A stretch of 64,000 bases of DNA, taken from sequence record NC_016571.1, one strand, 5' to 3'. Shown piece by piece: positions 8,821 to 19,026 of this stretch. A model generated the notes under the pieces. It was given only the letters and a program-made list of their open reading frames with translations. It did no database searches and was not told the DNA's origin. Numbering within the stretch: the first letter of the stretch is position 1; each line of letters begins with the position of its first letter. The translations under genes were made by a program, and so were the position numbers.

Positions 8821-9047
8821 TCACTCAGGAAGGTGAAACCCTCCCTCCAGTCGATGAAAGCGTTGATGCTGAAACAGCTGCTATCCAGGCACTGTTGAAT
8901 GAAGACAGCAAAAACGAAACCACTAAGCTGGCTGAAGACGCTGCGGACAAATCTGTAGCTGCTCAAGAAGCTGCTAAAGTTGTTCCTGCTCCTGCTCAGG
9001 AAGAAGCTCCGGCTGAAGCTCCTGTACAGCAGAAGAAAAAGAAATAA
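8775..9047 (+). CDS. start-less -1 frame continuation of the 8158 gene (acidic Ala/Pro/Glu-rich tail)
   Basis: Open from 8775 to TAA9047; PVGEGIQLQTVVTQEGETLPPVDESVDAETAA...APVQQKKKK; no ATG; followed by terminator. Confidence 0.7.
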   Translation, partial: RNRGPVGEGIQLQTVVTQEGETLPPVDESVDAETAAIQALLNEDSKNETTKLAEDAADKSVAAQEAAKVVPAPAQEEAPAEAPVQQKKKK

Positions 9048-9053
9048 TGTAAT

Positions 9054-9082
9054 CCCCTACCCCTCCGTAAGGAAGGGTAGGG
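9054..9082 (+). repeat. 29-nt hairpin element identical to 27688-27716 (terminator-like)
   Basis: CCCCTACCCCTCCGTAAGGAAGGGTAGGG. Confidence 0.85.
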
Positions 9083-9113
9083 TTTTATGTACTGTTGTAA
9101 AAAATTATAAACA

Positions 9114-9128
9114 GATATTATTATGGTG
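9114..9128 (+). promoter_or_regulatory. putative phage early promoter
   Basis: GATATTAT-TATGG-TG. Confidence 0.65.
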
Positions 9129-9171
9129 TTGTAACAAACATAAATTTATTAACCCACAGAAGGAAAAAGTG

Positions 9172-9666
9172 ATGTTTAATCTAATCAATACTGGTTCTTC
9201 CAAAGCTGATTACATTAATGCTGTAATTGCCGAAGTAGAGCGCATCGCTGCATTGTCAAAAGAAGAAGCTTCCAAGGTAGGTAAGACGGCTACAATCAAA
9301 CTGGTCCATGAAGTCCAGTTCGTTAAAACGGGTATCCGCTCCAATGCACATATCCGCGCTAACACCACTTTCACTCGTGAGAATGGAAAGATTGATTGTC
9401 AGTCTGAAACTTTCGATCTGGAAGATGGTATTAATTACTCTCATGATGTCTTTAACGAGATCATCGAGGATTGTACAGCTGCTGTTATCAACTGGATTGA
9501 TATGGCGATAATCTGCGGTAATGACTTATCCCCTGATGACATTAACCACGAATTCCAGCAACGCCTAATTGTCGGATTACGTAGTGGCGGTGTATTTGAG
9601 AAAGTCACCAGCTCTGTAGTAGCATCTCAGGGGGTTATCCAGTCGGTAACCATTACGGTGGTATAA
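9172..9666 (+). CDS. hypothetical protein
   Basis: Start moved to ATG9172 after AAGGA; the longer ORF would cross a terminator and a promoter. Confidence 0.75.
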   Translation: MFNLINTGSSKADYINAVIAEVERIAALSKEEASKVGKTATIKLVHEVQFVKTGIRSNAHIRANTTFTRENGKIDCQSETFDLEDGINYSHDVFNEIIEDCTAAVINWIDMAIICGNDLSPDDINHEFQQRLIVGLRSGGVFEKVTSSVVASQGVIQSVTITVV

Positions 9667-10203
9667 ATGGAATACAAACTTAGCCGGTACGGTGCCGTTT
9701 CCATGAATGGGGAAAACTTTGATGACCAGTCATTTACTGAGCCTCATGTCAAGTTGACTGTTCCTGGCGCAATTTCAGCGTGTACTGTAAAACTAGGTCC
9801 GTTGTTATATGTGACCACATTTTACCTTCGCGATGGTGAACAGCATTATGTAACGTTGTTTAAGTATCACGGTAAATGTAAACCACGTTGTGTAGAAATC
9901 AGTGAGCTTCTTGATATCCGATGTACCTCGGAAAAGAAACTCATGATCTTTATCTTCGGTGTTCTATTAGGATTCGATCACGATCGTTTATCCAACCGGG
10001 ACCGCAATACTTTACTGGCAGGTATTCGTTATAACCTTCCACCGGTATTTGTGGGGACAACTTTATTGCACGGTTTTGAACGTGGCTTTTATGTTAACAA
10101 TGACCAACTGACGATCTTTACAAAAGTCAGTAAAGATGCGGGCGTTTTAATTCGCACAGGTTATTCTTTATTCTCTCGTAATATCAAGGACTCTTTAAAA
10201 TGA
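9667..10203 (+). CDS. hypothetical protein
   Basis: 178 aa, abuts previous stop. Confidence 0.7.
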   Translation: MEYKLSRYGAVSMNGENFDDQSFTEPHVKLTVPGAISACTVKLGPLLYVTTFYLRDGEQHYVTLFKYHGKCKPRCVEISELLDIRCTSEKKLMIFIFGVLLGFDHDRLSNRDRNTLLAGIRYNLPPVFVGTTLLHGFERGFYVNNDQLTIFTKVSKDAGVLIRTGYSLFSRNIKDSLK

Positions 10204-11108
10204 TCGACCAAATTATCTCAGCGCTGAAAATCTCTCTGAATGAATGTAAGAAATTCGAGAACCCAGCGGAATACATTTATGAACTGAACATGGTTCTAAG
10301 TCGTTACAAAACAAACCTGTTCAACATGCTGGAAGATAAACACAAGTATCTTCATGATCCTCGTGAGTTCTTCCAATTCCGCATTTCAACTTCATGGCGC
10401 ACTAAACCTGGGTTTAGCCGTGTTACTACGTTGAAAGACAATTCTCCCATTATGCTTCAAGTAAATGGGTTCCAACCATTTGCAGGTGAGCGTAAGAACA
10501 AAGAGAAGATCTATAATAAGGCAGTCCGGATTGATGACGTTATTGATCTGGAACGTATCATGTCTCTGAAGTCTGACCACTATTATTGCGGTCTGATGCA
10601 ATCACCTGGATATGTTTCTGAAGAAGATGTGATTCTTACTCAGCTGGGTGCAGAGAAGTACGCTGAGATGTCAATGTATCTTAATCTGGATAAAACAGTT
10701 GATGACGTGATTGTGTTTTCCTTACAGCTGAACTCTGTTGTGCCTGACAGTGTGATGGCTAAACATAATGAAGCATCGGCAGCTGCAATTGCAGATAACC
10801 CAATGACTGCTAAGAAGCTGAGAACTCTTCAGGCATTGGCTAAGGTACACGAAGGAATGGAAGAACACCGCATTCCTAAAGATGTCAAGATGTATATGGA
10901 TGGTAAGATTCCTAATCTTGATAGCGATAAGGAAAGTATCCCGACCAATGTTGTTGATTCAATTTTTGGTGGTACAAAACAAGAAGCCGGTAGCATCTCT
11001 GCATCAGCTGTTAAAAAGACCGCACCCTTTCGGGCTAAAAATCATCTTAGGCTGGCCAATTTAAATGGTGGTGTAGGAGCCTCCCGTAAGAAGAATAAAT
11101 TCTGGTAA
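10200..11108 (+). CDS. hypothetical protein
   Basis: 302 aa, ATGA overlap, basic C-terminal tail. Confidence 0.75.
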   Translation: MIDQIISALKISLNECKKFENPAEYIYELNMVLSRYKTNLFNMLEDKHKYLHDPREFFQFRISTSWRTKPGFSRVTTLKDNSPIMLQVNGFQPFAGERKNKEKIYNKAVRIDDVIDLERIMSLKSDHYYCGLMQSPGYVSEEDVILTQLGAEKYAEMSMYLNLDKTVDDVIVFSLQLNSVVPDSVMAKHNEASAAAIADNPMTAKKLRTLQALAKVHEGMEEHRIPKDVKMYMDGKIPNLDSDKESIPTNVVDSIFGGTKQEAGSISASAVKKTAPFRAKNHLRLANLNGGVGASRKKNKFW

Positions 11109-11145
11109 CATTAACATATATCGAGAATCTCGATAAGGAATAGAA

Positions 11146-11739
11146 ATGCAAGTTCTCCTCCATCGTTACTTCAATCACCTCAAACCCGATAATGGCTTTT
11201 ATAACATCGGGGTCCATCCTCAAATGGATAACGTTTTAATCGTAACGTTAACAGATGAACAAGGCCGTGTTGGCATACCTGCTGACCGTTGGGCAATGGA
11301 CGTCTATACTGATAAACTATCGGCTATTATTACAAGCGCTGATAAATACGGGGTCTACTTCTCTCATTATTCCATCAGACGTATTAATGATGGTGATGAG
11401 GATGGTAGTTTCTCTTTATATGCTACATGGGAAGACCTGGGCATTCATCCGAGTGCTGTTACAAAAGACATTCTCAATCGTTACCGTTCATACCTTCGTG
11501 ATTACATCTATACGAAGTTCTTCAGACACATCTTGTCATTGGGTAGTCGTTCTCGCAGAATCGCACTACACTGGTTACACGACTCAGGGGACGATAATTA
11601 CAGCACAGTCATGTGGCGTATTGATTCTCGCTATAAACTGATTCGAGAAGGTAACCTTTATAACGTTTATCTTTGTGACCGTCATCGCATGGTTACTCGG
11701 ATAGAGGTTGAACGACTCACCGCGAATATGTTCCAATAA
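11146..11739 (+). CDS. hypothetical protein
   Basis: 197 aa, RBS AAGGAA. Confidence 0.7.
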   Translation: MQVLLHRYFNHLKPDNGFYNIGVHPQMDNVLIVTLTDEQGRVGIPADRWAMDVYTDKLSAIITSADKYGVYFSHYSIRRINDGDEDGSFSLYATWEDLGIHPSAVTKDILNRYRSYLRDYIYTKFFRHILSLGSRSRRIALHWLHDSGDDNYSTVMWRIDSRYKLIREGNLYNVYLCDRHRMVTRIEVERLTANMFQ

Positions 11740-11749
11740 CATAAAGAAC

Positions 11750-11779
11750 TCCTACTCTACCCAGTTGGGTAGAGTAGGA
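11750..11779. terminator. bidirectional terminator-like hairpin (CCTAC family)
   Basis: TCCTACTCTACCCA-GT-TGGGTAGAGTAGGA between convergent genes. Confidence 0.75.
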
Positions 11780-11798
11780 TTATTCTTGATTAAATTTT

Positions 11799-12437
11799 TT
11801 ATGGGTTCAGTGCTTTCAACTGACCTTCTAACTCAGCGATATATGCGTAGAGTTGCTGGTTCTCAACAGTAAGCTTTTCAGCACGTACCAAATCGGAAGG
11901 TTCTTCCACAATGGCCGTCTGTCTTGTCTTTTCCCATGCTTCGGCCTGTTCTTTAGAAACATACCCACGAGTAGGCATTGTTCCAAGAGATACCTTAGGG
12001 TTAGCAATCCCCATTGACTTCTTAACGTAGTTAGCGAAATGTTCAAGAGCTGCGTTAATACGATCACGAGTAGCTGGAGGACAAGCACCTAAGTCGGTGA
12101 TGATACACATACGTTCATAAATAACACCGTCGACCAATGGGAAAGATTTAATATACGTGGATAACACATATACTGGTTCTCTCCCACGGCTAGTCAATGA
12201 AACGACAACAGCGTCATCACTGATAGCTTTAGCGACCATATCTTTATAGGTAGTCTCATCAACACCGGCTGGTGCAAAGACAGTTTTGAAAAGATCAACT
12301 TTAAGAGCCTGCATCTCCGGAACAGTACGCACAGCTTCGACCGTATAGAAGATCTTTGGATCGACTACGTTGGTGAATGGAGGTAGTGCTTCGAAACTAC
12401 CTGCTGCGTACACTGCTGGGATGATGTTAGAACTCAT
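11799..12437 (-). CDS. putative virion structural protein
   Basis: 212 aa in the phiKZ-like core block; structural role inferred from context. Confidence 0.55.
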   Translation of the reverse strand: MSSNIIPAVYAAGSFEALPPFTNVVDPKIFYTVEAVRTVPEMQALKVDLFKTVFAPAGVDETTYKDMVAKAISDDAVVVSLTSRGREPVYVLSTYIKSFPLVDGVIYERMCIITDLGACPPATRDRINAALEHFANYVKKSMGIANPKVSLGTMPTRGYVSKEQAEAWEKTRQTAIVEEPSDLVRAEKLTVENQQLYAYIAELEGQLKALNP

Positions 12438-13765
12438 TCGACGATAACTCCATCTTTAACGAACTGATAACGAGTGATCATAGTAATTTTGGATTTACTT
12501 GAACGGCGCGTAATATAGAGCTTACCGTCTTTCATCACACGCTGAATACCTTTAGGTGGCATCCCGTCTGGAGTCACCACTTCACCAGCAGCAAGCATCT
12601 CTTCCAAGTCCATAATGAACTTGGCCGTATCTTTGGACATCATGCCCGCTTGAGAGTCGGTAGATGGTATTAGCTGATAGTCAGGGTAAATCTGAGATAT
12701 CTTAGTACGATCCCCGTGGTTCTTAGGTTTACCCACAAAACCCATTTTAGCAGACTTGTACAAATGCGGTACAATTTGCAGAGATTCTATGACCGCTGCT
12801 TCGCCCCACAGAGCACAATACTTGTTGGGTAATTCATCGCCATCTTTAAAAGTAAAGATTGGTGAGTAAGTAGAACCAACCACAGTTTCGTTGATCAGAC
12901 CCAGTTCATTCCAAAAAGGAACTACTGCGAACTCTAACGGGTTAAACAGATCAGGTATGATTTCTGCCCATTCGTCTTCGGTGTGTTTAGAGTTATTAAG
13001 GATACACTCCTTAATCTTCTCATACGTTTCTTCTTCAGCATCAGTCGGGTTACCATAATAGATAATGGTCCAGTGACCTTTGTTGAAGTTAGGTGTATTA
13101 ACCACATCGTAGATATCGAAGGACATGACAATACGAGCAGTGTAAGGATTGGTATTCTCACCAATCAGTCCCTGTACTCGTGCCTCGATCTTATCCGTTG
13201 TTTCCAGAGCCAGACGTTGAGCAACTTGTTTATAGTTGTTGTCTGCCAGGAAGTCAATATCAGCAATGGCAATCGGATGAATAACATAAATTTCACGGTA
13301 TGGGAATTCAACAGCGAAATATTCGTTAGCAATCCAAATCTTGAACTCATGAACCACGCCTGCAACGTCAAGCGTAAAGGAGATACTTGATGGCATCCAG
13401 ATAGCATTATTGGTCACCATCACGTTGACATCTTTCCACACCCATCCAGTTGTGTATGTCGCTTTCAGTAATTGTAAGCAACTCTGAGAGGAGTCGGTTG
13501 TTTTATTAGCTATGGCCTGTTGGTATAACCAATCCAACATGGTCAGAACCTTATCGGCATGAGCCTTAGGAATCTTCTCATACATGGAAGTTGCAGATAC
13601 ACCACGGAACGAGTAAAGATCAGCACCCTTTCCTTCCAGGAAATATAAATCAGGTTCTTTAGAATAGGTCTTTGATCTATTCGTCAGTTCACCGATAGGG
13701 GAGTTAGAACCATTGATAATTAAATCATGGAACTCGCAAAAGCAACTGTACAGATTTGTTGACAT
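12434..13765 (-). CDS. putative virion structural protein
   Basis: 443 aa, coupled to 11799 gene; role inferred from context. Confidence 0.55.
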   Translation of the reverse strand: MSTNLYSCFCEFHDLIINGSNSPIGELTNRSKTYSKEPDLYFLEGKGADLYSFRGVSATSMYEKIPKAHADKVLTMLDWLYQQAIANKTTDSSQSCLQLLKATYTTGWVWKDVNVMVTNNAIWMPSSISFTLDVAGVVHEFKIWIANEYFAVEFPYREIYVIHPIAIADIDFLADNNYKQVAQRLALETTDKIEARVQGLIGENTNPYTARIVMSFDIYDVVNTPNFNKGHWTIIYYGNPTDAEEETYEKIKECILNNSKHTEDEWAEIIPDLFNPLEFAVVPFWNELGLINETVVGSTYSPIFTFKDGDELPNKYCALWGEAAVIESLQIVPHLYKSAKMGFVGKPKNHGDRTKISQIYPDYQLIPSTDSQAGMMSKDTAKFIMDLEEMLAAGEVVTPDGMPPKGIQRVMKDGKLYITRRSSKSKITMITRYQFVKDGVIVE

Positions 13766-13817
13766 AGATTAACCTTTTAGATATAATAAGTCATATTCAA
13801 AAAGTGGTGGACACAGC

Positions 13818-14225
13818 ATGAACTTCTTTCTCAGGGAACTCATCAACAGGGTAATCAGTTACCTGATTCGAGTTTCAAAAGGTGAAACGTACGAAGAGAA
13901 GATTGAACAGCTTCTTAAAAAAGCGTTACTGTTTGCAGCAATGGCTCTCATACTTTCCGCTACCATGACATCTAAATGGCTTGTAGCTGGTTGGTATCTG
14001 GATGACTTGGAAAGCTCGTTCGGTAAGATCGATACTTTCATGGGCACCCAGCAAGAGAACATGAACCAACTGTTCCGTATCAATGGAGACCAATATAACA
14101 CCATCGTCAAACTCGAAAAAGAGAACAAGTCGATGTTAAGCGATATCCGGTTCTTACTTGCCAACCAGAAGCAACTCGAAGAAGAAAACGAGAAGCTGAA
14201 GGCGAAGCAAAAGAAAGGAAAGTAA
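13818..14225 (+). CDS. single-TM coiled-coil membrane protein
   Basis: ALLFAAMALILSATM TM segment followed by a heptad-rich C-terminus. Confidence 0.7.
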   Translation: MNFFLRELINRVISYLIRVSKGETYEEKIEQLLKKALLFAAMALILSATMTSKWLVAGWYLDDLESSFGKIDTFMGTQQENMNQLFRINGDQYNTIVKLEKENKSMLSDIRFLLANQKQLEEENEKLKAKQKKGK

Positions 14226-14270
14226 AATAAGACAAGGATGTCCATCAGTTGTTAAATAACAAAATCAGGT

Positions 14271-15704
14271 ATGAGAAAAATAATGAACATCGTCTATTAT
14301 ATCGTGAGTTCATTCCTCAAGGACAAGAACGTGGGGATTTCCGGTGGTCATGGATATTCCTACGATCCTGCCAATGAGAGCAAGCGTAAGCTTCAAAAAG
14401 ATGTACCAACAGTTTACGGTTACTTTGTAAATGGTAACTATCAAAATATCGCAGTGGATCAGATAGATATCTATAATGGTCGCGTTCTGAAACAACCTAA
14501 TGAAACAGAAGCATTCCTTTTACACTTAGAAGCAATCATTAACGAATGGTTGACTGACAAGAAAGAAGGCAATAAGCTTTTGGTTATCACAAACTGTGTC
14601 AAGGGACACAAGATGATAACTAATAACCGTCATCCAGAAGCAGTTAACGCTGAAGTATTCAAACGCGTTTATGATCTGTATGCTGAGCATAAGAAAGATA
14701 TTATCATTGATGTCGAGTATCATGCCAAAGGCGGTGAAGGTCCTAAAGCTGCGACGAAGCAAACTGAGTTAGGTGAAGCACTCTCTAGCCTTCCTTCTGC
14801 TGATGAAGTTACACTGGATAAGTTGGACCTTAAGTCTTACAAGGATCCAGAGATCGATTTCAACAAGTTAGTGACAGCCACCCGTTGGTACTTCAACACC
14901 GGTGACAAATCTGACTTTGAAGAAGTTGATGATCGTGGTTACCGTAAATATACTTTTGGTCGTGTTGACCCGGATAAGCAGTATTACGGGAAAGCTACAC
15001 CAGACGTTTATTATTCAACACTCTATACCAAGACACCAATTAAGGTTCTTGATAAGTTGTATAAGTTCTGTCAGAAGAATCGACCGAACCCTTACAACAT
15101 CATGAGCGCTGGAAACTTGCCACACATCAAGTCTAAAGAGATCGCTCGTGTTATTGACACCATCCCTGGTACCTTTGGAAAGAAAGAGCTCATCGCTCCT
15201 ATGACTCTTGGTAACACGGAGAACGCTGCATTAGTAGAGTTCATCGACCCACCAGGTTTAAGTTATCGTATTCGTGACTTCCATCAACAACTGGACATGA
15301 TTTATAAGTTCTTCCGTAAACGCGACGAGAACGGTGTGTACCAGAAGCACAAGTTTGTGGATATCACTGATTTGTTCTTTGTAACTGATGCTAAGGGTAA
15401 GACTAAAATTCACCCTGACTTCACCAACAACACTTTGAAAGTTCCAGTAGCCGTAGAAGCCCCTGGTTGTGTTAAGCCTGTTGTTATCAACCTCTCTATT
15501 AAGTATGACATCCCTGAGCGGAACTCACTCAATAGCCTGATTGTTAACAAGGTAGAAAACATCAAGGTCTACTTAGCTCTCGACTTTACCAATGATGCTG
15601 GTGTAGGATACTGTACTGTAGTTTCAACTCCAGAGTTTGACTACATCCACTCCAACAGTATTGCCAACTTACGCGTTTATTCCATGAAGGAATTAGGTAA
15701 ATAA
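14271..15704 (+). CDS. RNase H-like fold protein (phiKZ gp155-like), acidic catalytic residues apparently missing
   Basis: GISGGHGYSY, VITNC and HAKGGEG echo jumbo-phage RNase H motifs; lies near helicase and UvsX. Confidence 0.5.
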   Translation: MRKIMNIVYYIVSSFLKDKNVGISGGHGYSYDPANESKRKLQKDVPTVYGYFVNGNYQNIAVDQIDIYNGRVLKQPNETEAFLLHLEAIINEWLTDKKEGNKLLVITNCVKGHKMITNNRHPEAVNAEVFKRVYDLYAEHKKDIIIDVEYHAKGGEGPKAATKQTELGEALSSLPSADEVTLDKLDLKSYKDPEIDFNKLVTATRWYFNTGDKSDFEEVDDRGYRKYTFGRVDPDKQYYGKATPDVYYSTLYTKTPIKVLDKLYKFCQKNRPNPYNIMSAGNLPHIKSKEIARVIDTIPGTFGKKELIAPMTLGNTENAALVEFIDPPGLSYRIRDFHQQLDMIYKFFRKRDENGVYQKHKFVDITDLFFVTDAKGKTKIHPDFTNNTLKVPVAVEAPGCVKPVVINLSIKYDIPERNSLNSLIVNKVENIKVYLALDFTNDAGVGYCTVVSTPEFDYIHSNSIANLRVYSMKELGK

Positions 15705-15712
15705 TCATAAAT

Positions 15713-15743
15713 CCCCTACCCCTCCTAATGGAGTGGGTAGGGG
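15713..15743. terminator. bidirectional hairpin (CCTAC family)
   Basis: CCCCTACCCCTCC-TAAT-GGAGTGGGTAGGGG between convergent genes. Confidence 0.75.
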
Positions 15744-15761
15744 TTATGTTTGTCTTTATTT

Positions 15762-16850
15762 TTATCTTCCGTGAAGACTAATACGAGTCAGTTCTTCCAG
15801 TGCCGGAGTAATGCTACCACTGATTGTAGCTTTAGCGCGCTTAAAGATAGCCGCAGTGACTTCATCGATTGCATTGGTCTCAGTCTTACGCCATGCGGTA
15901 TCGAGGTTAAGAACACCGTTACAGGCAGCCTCTACAGCTTTGATCAATTCCTGAGTAACAGACACAGCACGATTGAGATCGCGATCACCTTCGTCGGTAT
16001 TAGCAGCCATCTTATCTAAGTTGACTGTCGCTTTATCTTTACACTCGGAAAGTGAAACACGGGCATTGATAAGGAAGCGGATGTTCTTCATCAAATCCTG
16101 ATTACCAGCCAAGGTTTCTTCCATCGTGGATTTAACGATGTCGATAGCAAACCCTAAACGATTACGTGTCTCTTCAGTTGGATCGATACGCTCGATCTCT
16201 TTCAGATGAGTCATAATCTGACCAGCAGCACGATCGACCACACCTTTAACACGTGCTTCGATATTGGTAGATACCATTACCAATTTATCTTTAACATCGG
16301 CGTTGTTATCAATTTCATCGGCTGCTTCTTTTACCGCTGTTTTCTCTTCAGGAGCAAGACGACGTACTTGGTTACGAAGCTCATCAGTCTTCTTCTTGCG
16401 GAAAGCATTGTAATCAGAGAGCGCTGAAATGTTACCAGGTCCTTTAGGTGACTCATCAGTACCCTTAATGGCCTGATCTTGACCAGCCTTTAGAATGGAC
16501 TCAGGGGTAGGTTTGTCACGCAGTTGCTTGAACATATTTTCGACGGCTTTGACATCAGCTTCTTTTGGCTTGAACCAAGAACGAATGTAAGCGATCAACT
16601 GCTTAATGAACTCTTTGATCTTCACACCAGCTTTCTTCACACCGTCCATGAATCCTTCCTGGCCTGCCATTGCTTCCAAATCCAAATCGTTCAGCTTGAG
16701 TACAGTAGTGGTGTATTCAAGATCATCACCCAGAGGTCCATCAAAGTTGATGTCTTCGTGAAGTGTTTCAAAACCAGAAGTGAGTCTCACGACATGATCG
16801 AAATCACTCATAAGAGATTCAAAGCCAGCAGTGTCAAATGTAATTTCCAT
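15762..16850 (-). CDS. putative internal head protein with propeptide
   Basis: AGFE/S, SGFE/T and AGQE/G sites, then the amphipathic helix GFMDGVKKAGVKIKEFIKQLIAYIRSWF typical of phiKZ-like head proteins. Confidence 0.65.
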   Translation of the reverse strand: MEITFDTAGFESLMSDFDHVVRLTSGFETLHEDINFDGPLGDDLEYTTTVLKLNDLDLEAMAGQEGFMDGVKKAGVKIKEFIKQLIAYIRSWFKPKEADVKAVENMFKQLRDKPTPESILKAGQDQAIKGTDESPKGPGNISALSDYNAFRKKKTDELRNQVRRLAPEEKTAVKEAADEIDNNADVKDKLVMVSTNIEARVKGVVDRAAGQIMTHLKEIERIDPTEETRNRLGFAIDIVKSTMEETLAGNQDLMKNIRFLINARVSLSECKDKATVNLDKMAANTDEGDRDLNRAVSVTQELIKAVEAACNGVLNLDTAWRKTETNAIDEVTAAIFKRAKATISGSITPALEELTRISLHGR

Positions 16851-16890
16851 GTGAGTACCTTAAAGAGGTGGGAGTTACCCCACCTGTTAA

Positions 16891-19011
16891 TTAAAAGAGA
16901 TCAGAGATAGTCGCGAACTTGAACTTAGGGTTGTGTTCGCAATAAGGAGCATCAAGTTCCATGTCAGCCATGTACATTGAATAACTCTCGAATCCGAGGT
17001 AACTATTCAGATCGAATGAACCCATTGCTTTCAGTGAGATACCTGCAACGTCAGTAGGTAATCTACCACCACCCAACAAGACATCTACCTGTTCTTTACT
17101 CCACTCCATGATGTCGATGGAACGAGAAGTAATGTTTTCTTCTTTACCCGTATCCAAGTCAACCATGTAAATGAAACATTCTTCATCCTGACCTTTACGA
17201 TAAATACGAGCGATGGTCTGCTTAAGTTCGTAAGATCTGAACGGGGCATTCATCAGAATGAGCTGGTTAGCCATTAATAACGGGTAACCTTCTTTCAGGG
17301 TGTTGTAGGTTGTAATGAGAGGGTTGAAATTAGGATCAGCCGCAAACTCATTAACTACCTTATCAATATCCTTACTGTTCTCACCATGCACCCAACCTGA
17401 CTTAATTCCCAGCGTGTCGAAGTAATTTGTCAGTTCTTTAATGACCTCGATGTAAGAGGTATAAATAACCGTCTTCTTCTTCACTGCATTGATCATCTCA
17501 GGGAGTTTAGCATGCTTAATGATGTCACGTACAGCTTCCATACGAGACTTGCTCAGAACGCGTCCCAGGGCTTCTCCGCGTATCTTCAAGCTGAGGTATT
17601 TAACCGCTGACTTGATATGACGGAAGTACTTCAGATCTTCACCACGTAATTCGTGTTCAATCTTGGTCTCCACCATTTTACAGTACTTGGATTTATCAGA
17701 GTCGGTAAAGTTGTTGTATCCATGCTTCTGGAAGTATTCAACAATTTCGATATACTTGTCGAGTTGGGCTTCTTCAACTTTATCCCCAGAGATATACTGA
17801 CGATACGATTTAATATATCTCCGCCAGTCGTTCTCATACTGAGGAAGGACTTTCTGATAGAACTGGATGCGTTCAGTGATGAAATCCATCATCTCAGCAC
17901 GGATACTATTCAGGGTGTATTTATCAGCGCCAGGGAACGATACAGGAACCAGGATAGGCTCAGGTGCTTTACCCATGCCCTCAACTTTGGTAATCGTATA
18001 CTTGATACGGCCAAGACGGTGTGCGAGCATCTCGTTAAGGAATGCGTTATCACGACCGTACATTTTGAGGAAGTCATCTCTGACATAATCATCGAAGAAC
18101 TTATCGATGATAGTAAACAGAGCGAATGTTTCACGACCCTGTGCTTTAATCGGAGTACCCGACATAAACAGAACGTCAGAAACAAATGGGTGTGTAGCGA
18201 GTTCAATCAGACCCTGAGTCTGTTGTGACTTGTGCTCATTATAGTTGTGAGATTCATCAACGATAATTTTGATTGGTTCTTTACCATCTTTAGACATCTT
18301 GTTGACAAGGTTGTCGTACTCACCACGTCTCAAGTTCTCTTTATAGATGATGAAGAATTCGCAGTCCAAATGGTTGAGAGGATCAGTACCATCAATAGAG
18401 GTCCATATTTTAGGAGCTTGCTTGAAGTACTTATTCGTCATCTCGTCAACCCAAGGTTTGTTAACCAAGTGTTTTGGTACCACGATGATGGTCTTATAGG
18501 GAGAGATCATTCTCGACCAAACTAGGCTGGTGTACGTTTTACCAGAACCCGGTTCTGCATCAAGTAAACAACCTCTTAACTGATATCCAAACTTGATACG
18601 AGAGTAATCCAGAAGGAACTCACGTTGATCAGGGAAAGGACTCAGTGTGAAATCACGCAGTGCTTTATTGAGATCATAAGGGGCATATTCCTGGAAGGTT
18701 GTTTGAATCCAAGTCTTTGCTTTGATCTCATCGAAGAGTTGCCGATACTTCAGCATTCCCACTCGATATCTGTTAACCTGTCGTTTATTCTTATTGTTGG
18801 TGAAGTGCTCTAAAATCCAAGCCAGTTCAACCATGAAGAAACGATGGATTCTAAACTTGCGGTTATTTACTTTCTTGACAATACGGTTAAAGATAACTGA
18901 CGTACCGAAGTTAGATCGCAGGTCTAATTCGAAGTCATTTAAATTTATACCACTTACCTGATAGTAAGAACCAACACTTTCAACACTTGGCGAAAAGCTA
19001 AAAAAGTCCAT
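16891..19011 (-). CDS. SNF2-like superfamily 2 helicase
   Basis: DAEPGSGKT, IIVDESH, MSGTPI, QTIARIYRKGQ; start moved to ATG19011. Confidence 0.88.
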   Translation of the reverse strand: MDFFSFSPSVESVGSYYQVSGINLNDFELDLRSNFGTSVIFNRIVKKVNNRKFRIHRFFMVELAWILEHFTNNKNKRQVNRYRVGMLKYRQLFDEIKAKTWIQTTFQEYAPYDLNKALRDFTLSPFPDQREFLLDYSRIKFGYQLRGCLLDAEPGSGKTYTSLVWSRMISPYKTIIVVPKHLVNKPWVDEMTNKYFKQAPKIWTSIDGTDPLNHLDCEFFIIYKENLRRGEYDNLVNKMSKDGKEPIKIIVDESHNYNEHKSQQTQGLIELATHPFVSDVLFMSGTPIKAQGRETFALFTIIDKFFDDYVRDDFLKMYGRDNAFLNEMLAHRLGRIKYTITKVEGMGKAPEPILVPVSFPGADKYTLNSIRAEMMDFITERIQFYQKVLPQYENDWRRYIKSYRQYISGDKVEEAQLDKYIEIVEYFQKHGYNNFTDSDKSKYCKMVETKIEHELRGEDLKYFRHIKSAVKYLSLKIRGEALGRVLSKSRMEAVRDIIKHAKLPEMINAVKKKTVIYTSYIEVIKELTNYFDTLGIKSGWVHGENSKDIDKVVNEFAADPNFNPLITTYNTLKEGYPLLMANQLILMNAPFRSYELKQTIARIYRKGQDEECFIYMVDLDTGKEENITSRSIDIMEWSKEQVDVLLGGGRLPTDVAGISLKAMGSFDLNSYLGFESYSMYMADMELDAPYCEHNPKFKFATISDLF

Positions 19012-19026
19012 AATGGAGTGCCTTAA

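Noticed and set aside
8980-9171. N-terminal extension of the 8980..9666 ORF
   Set aside because: Overlaps the -1 frame tail, a terminator and a promoter; ATG9172 has a proper RBS
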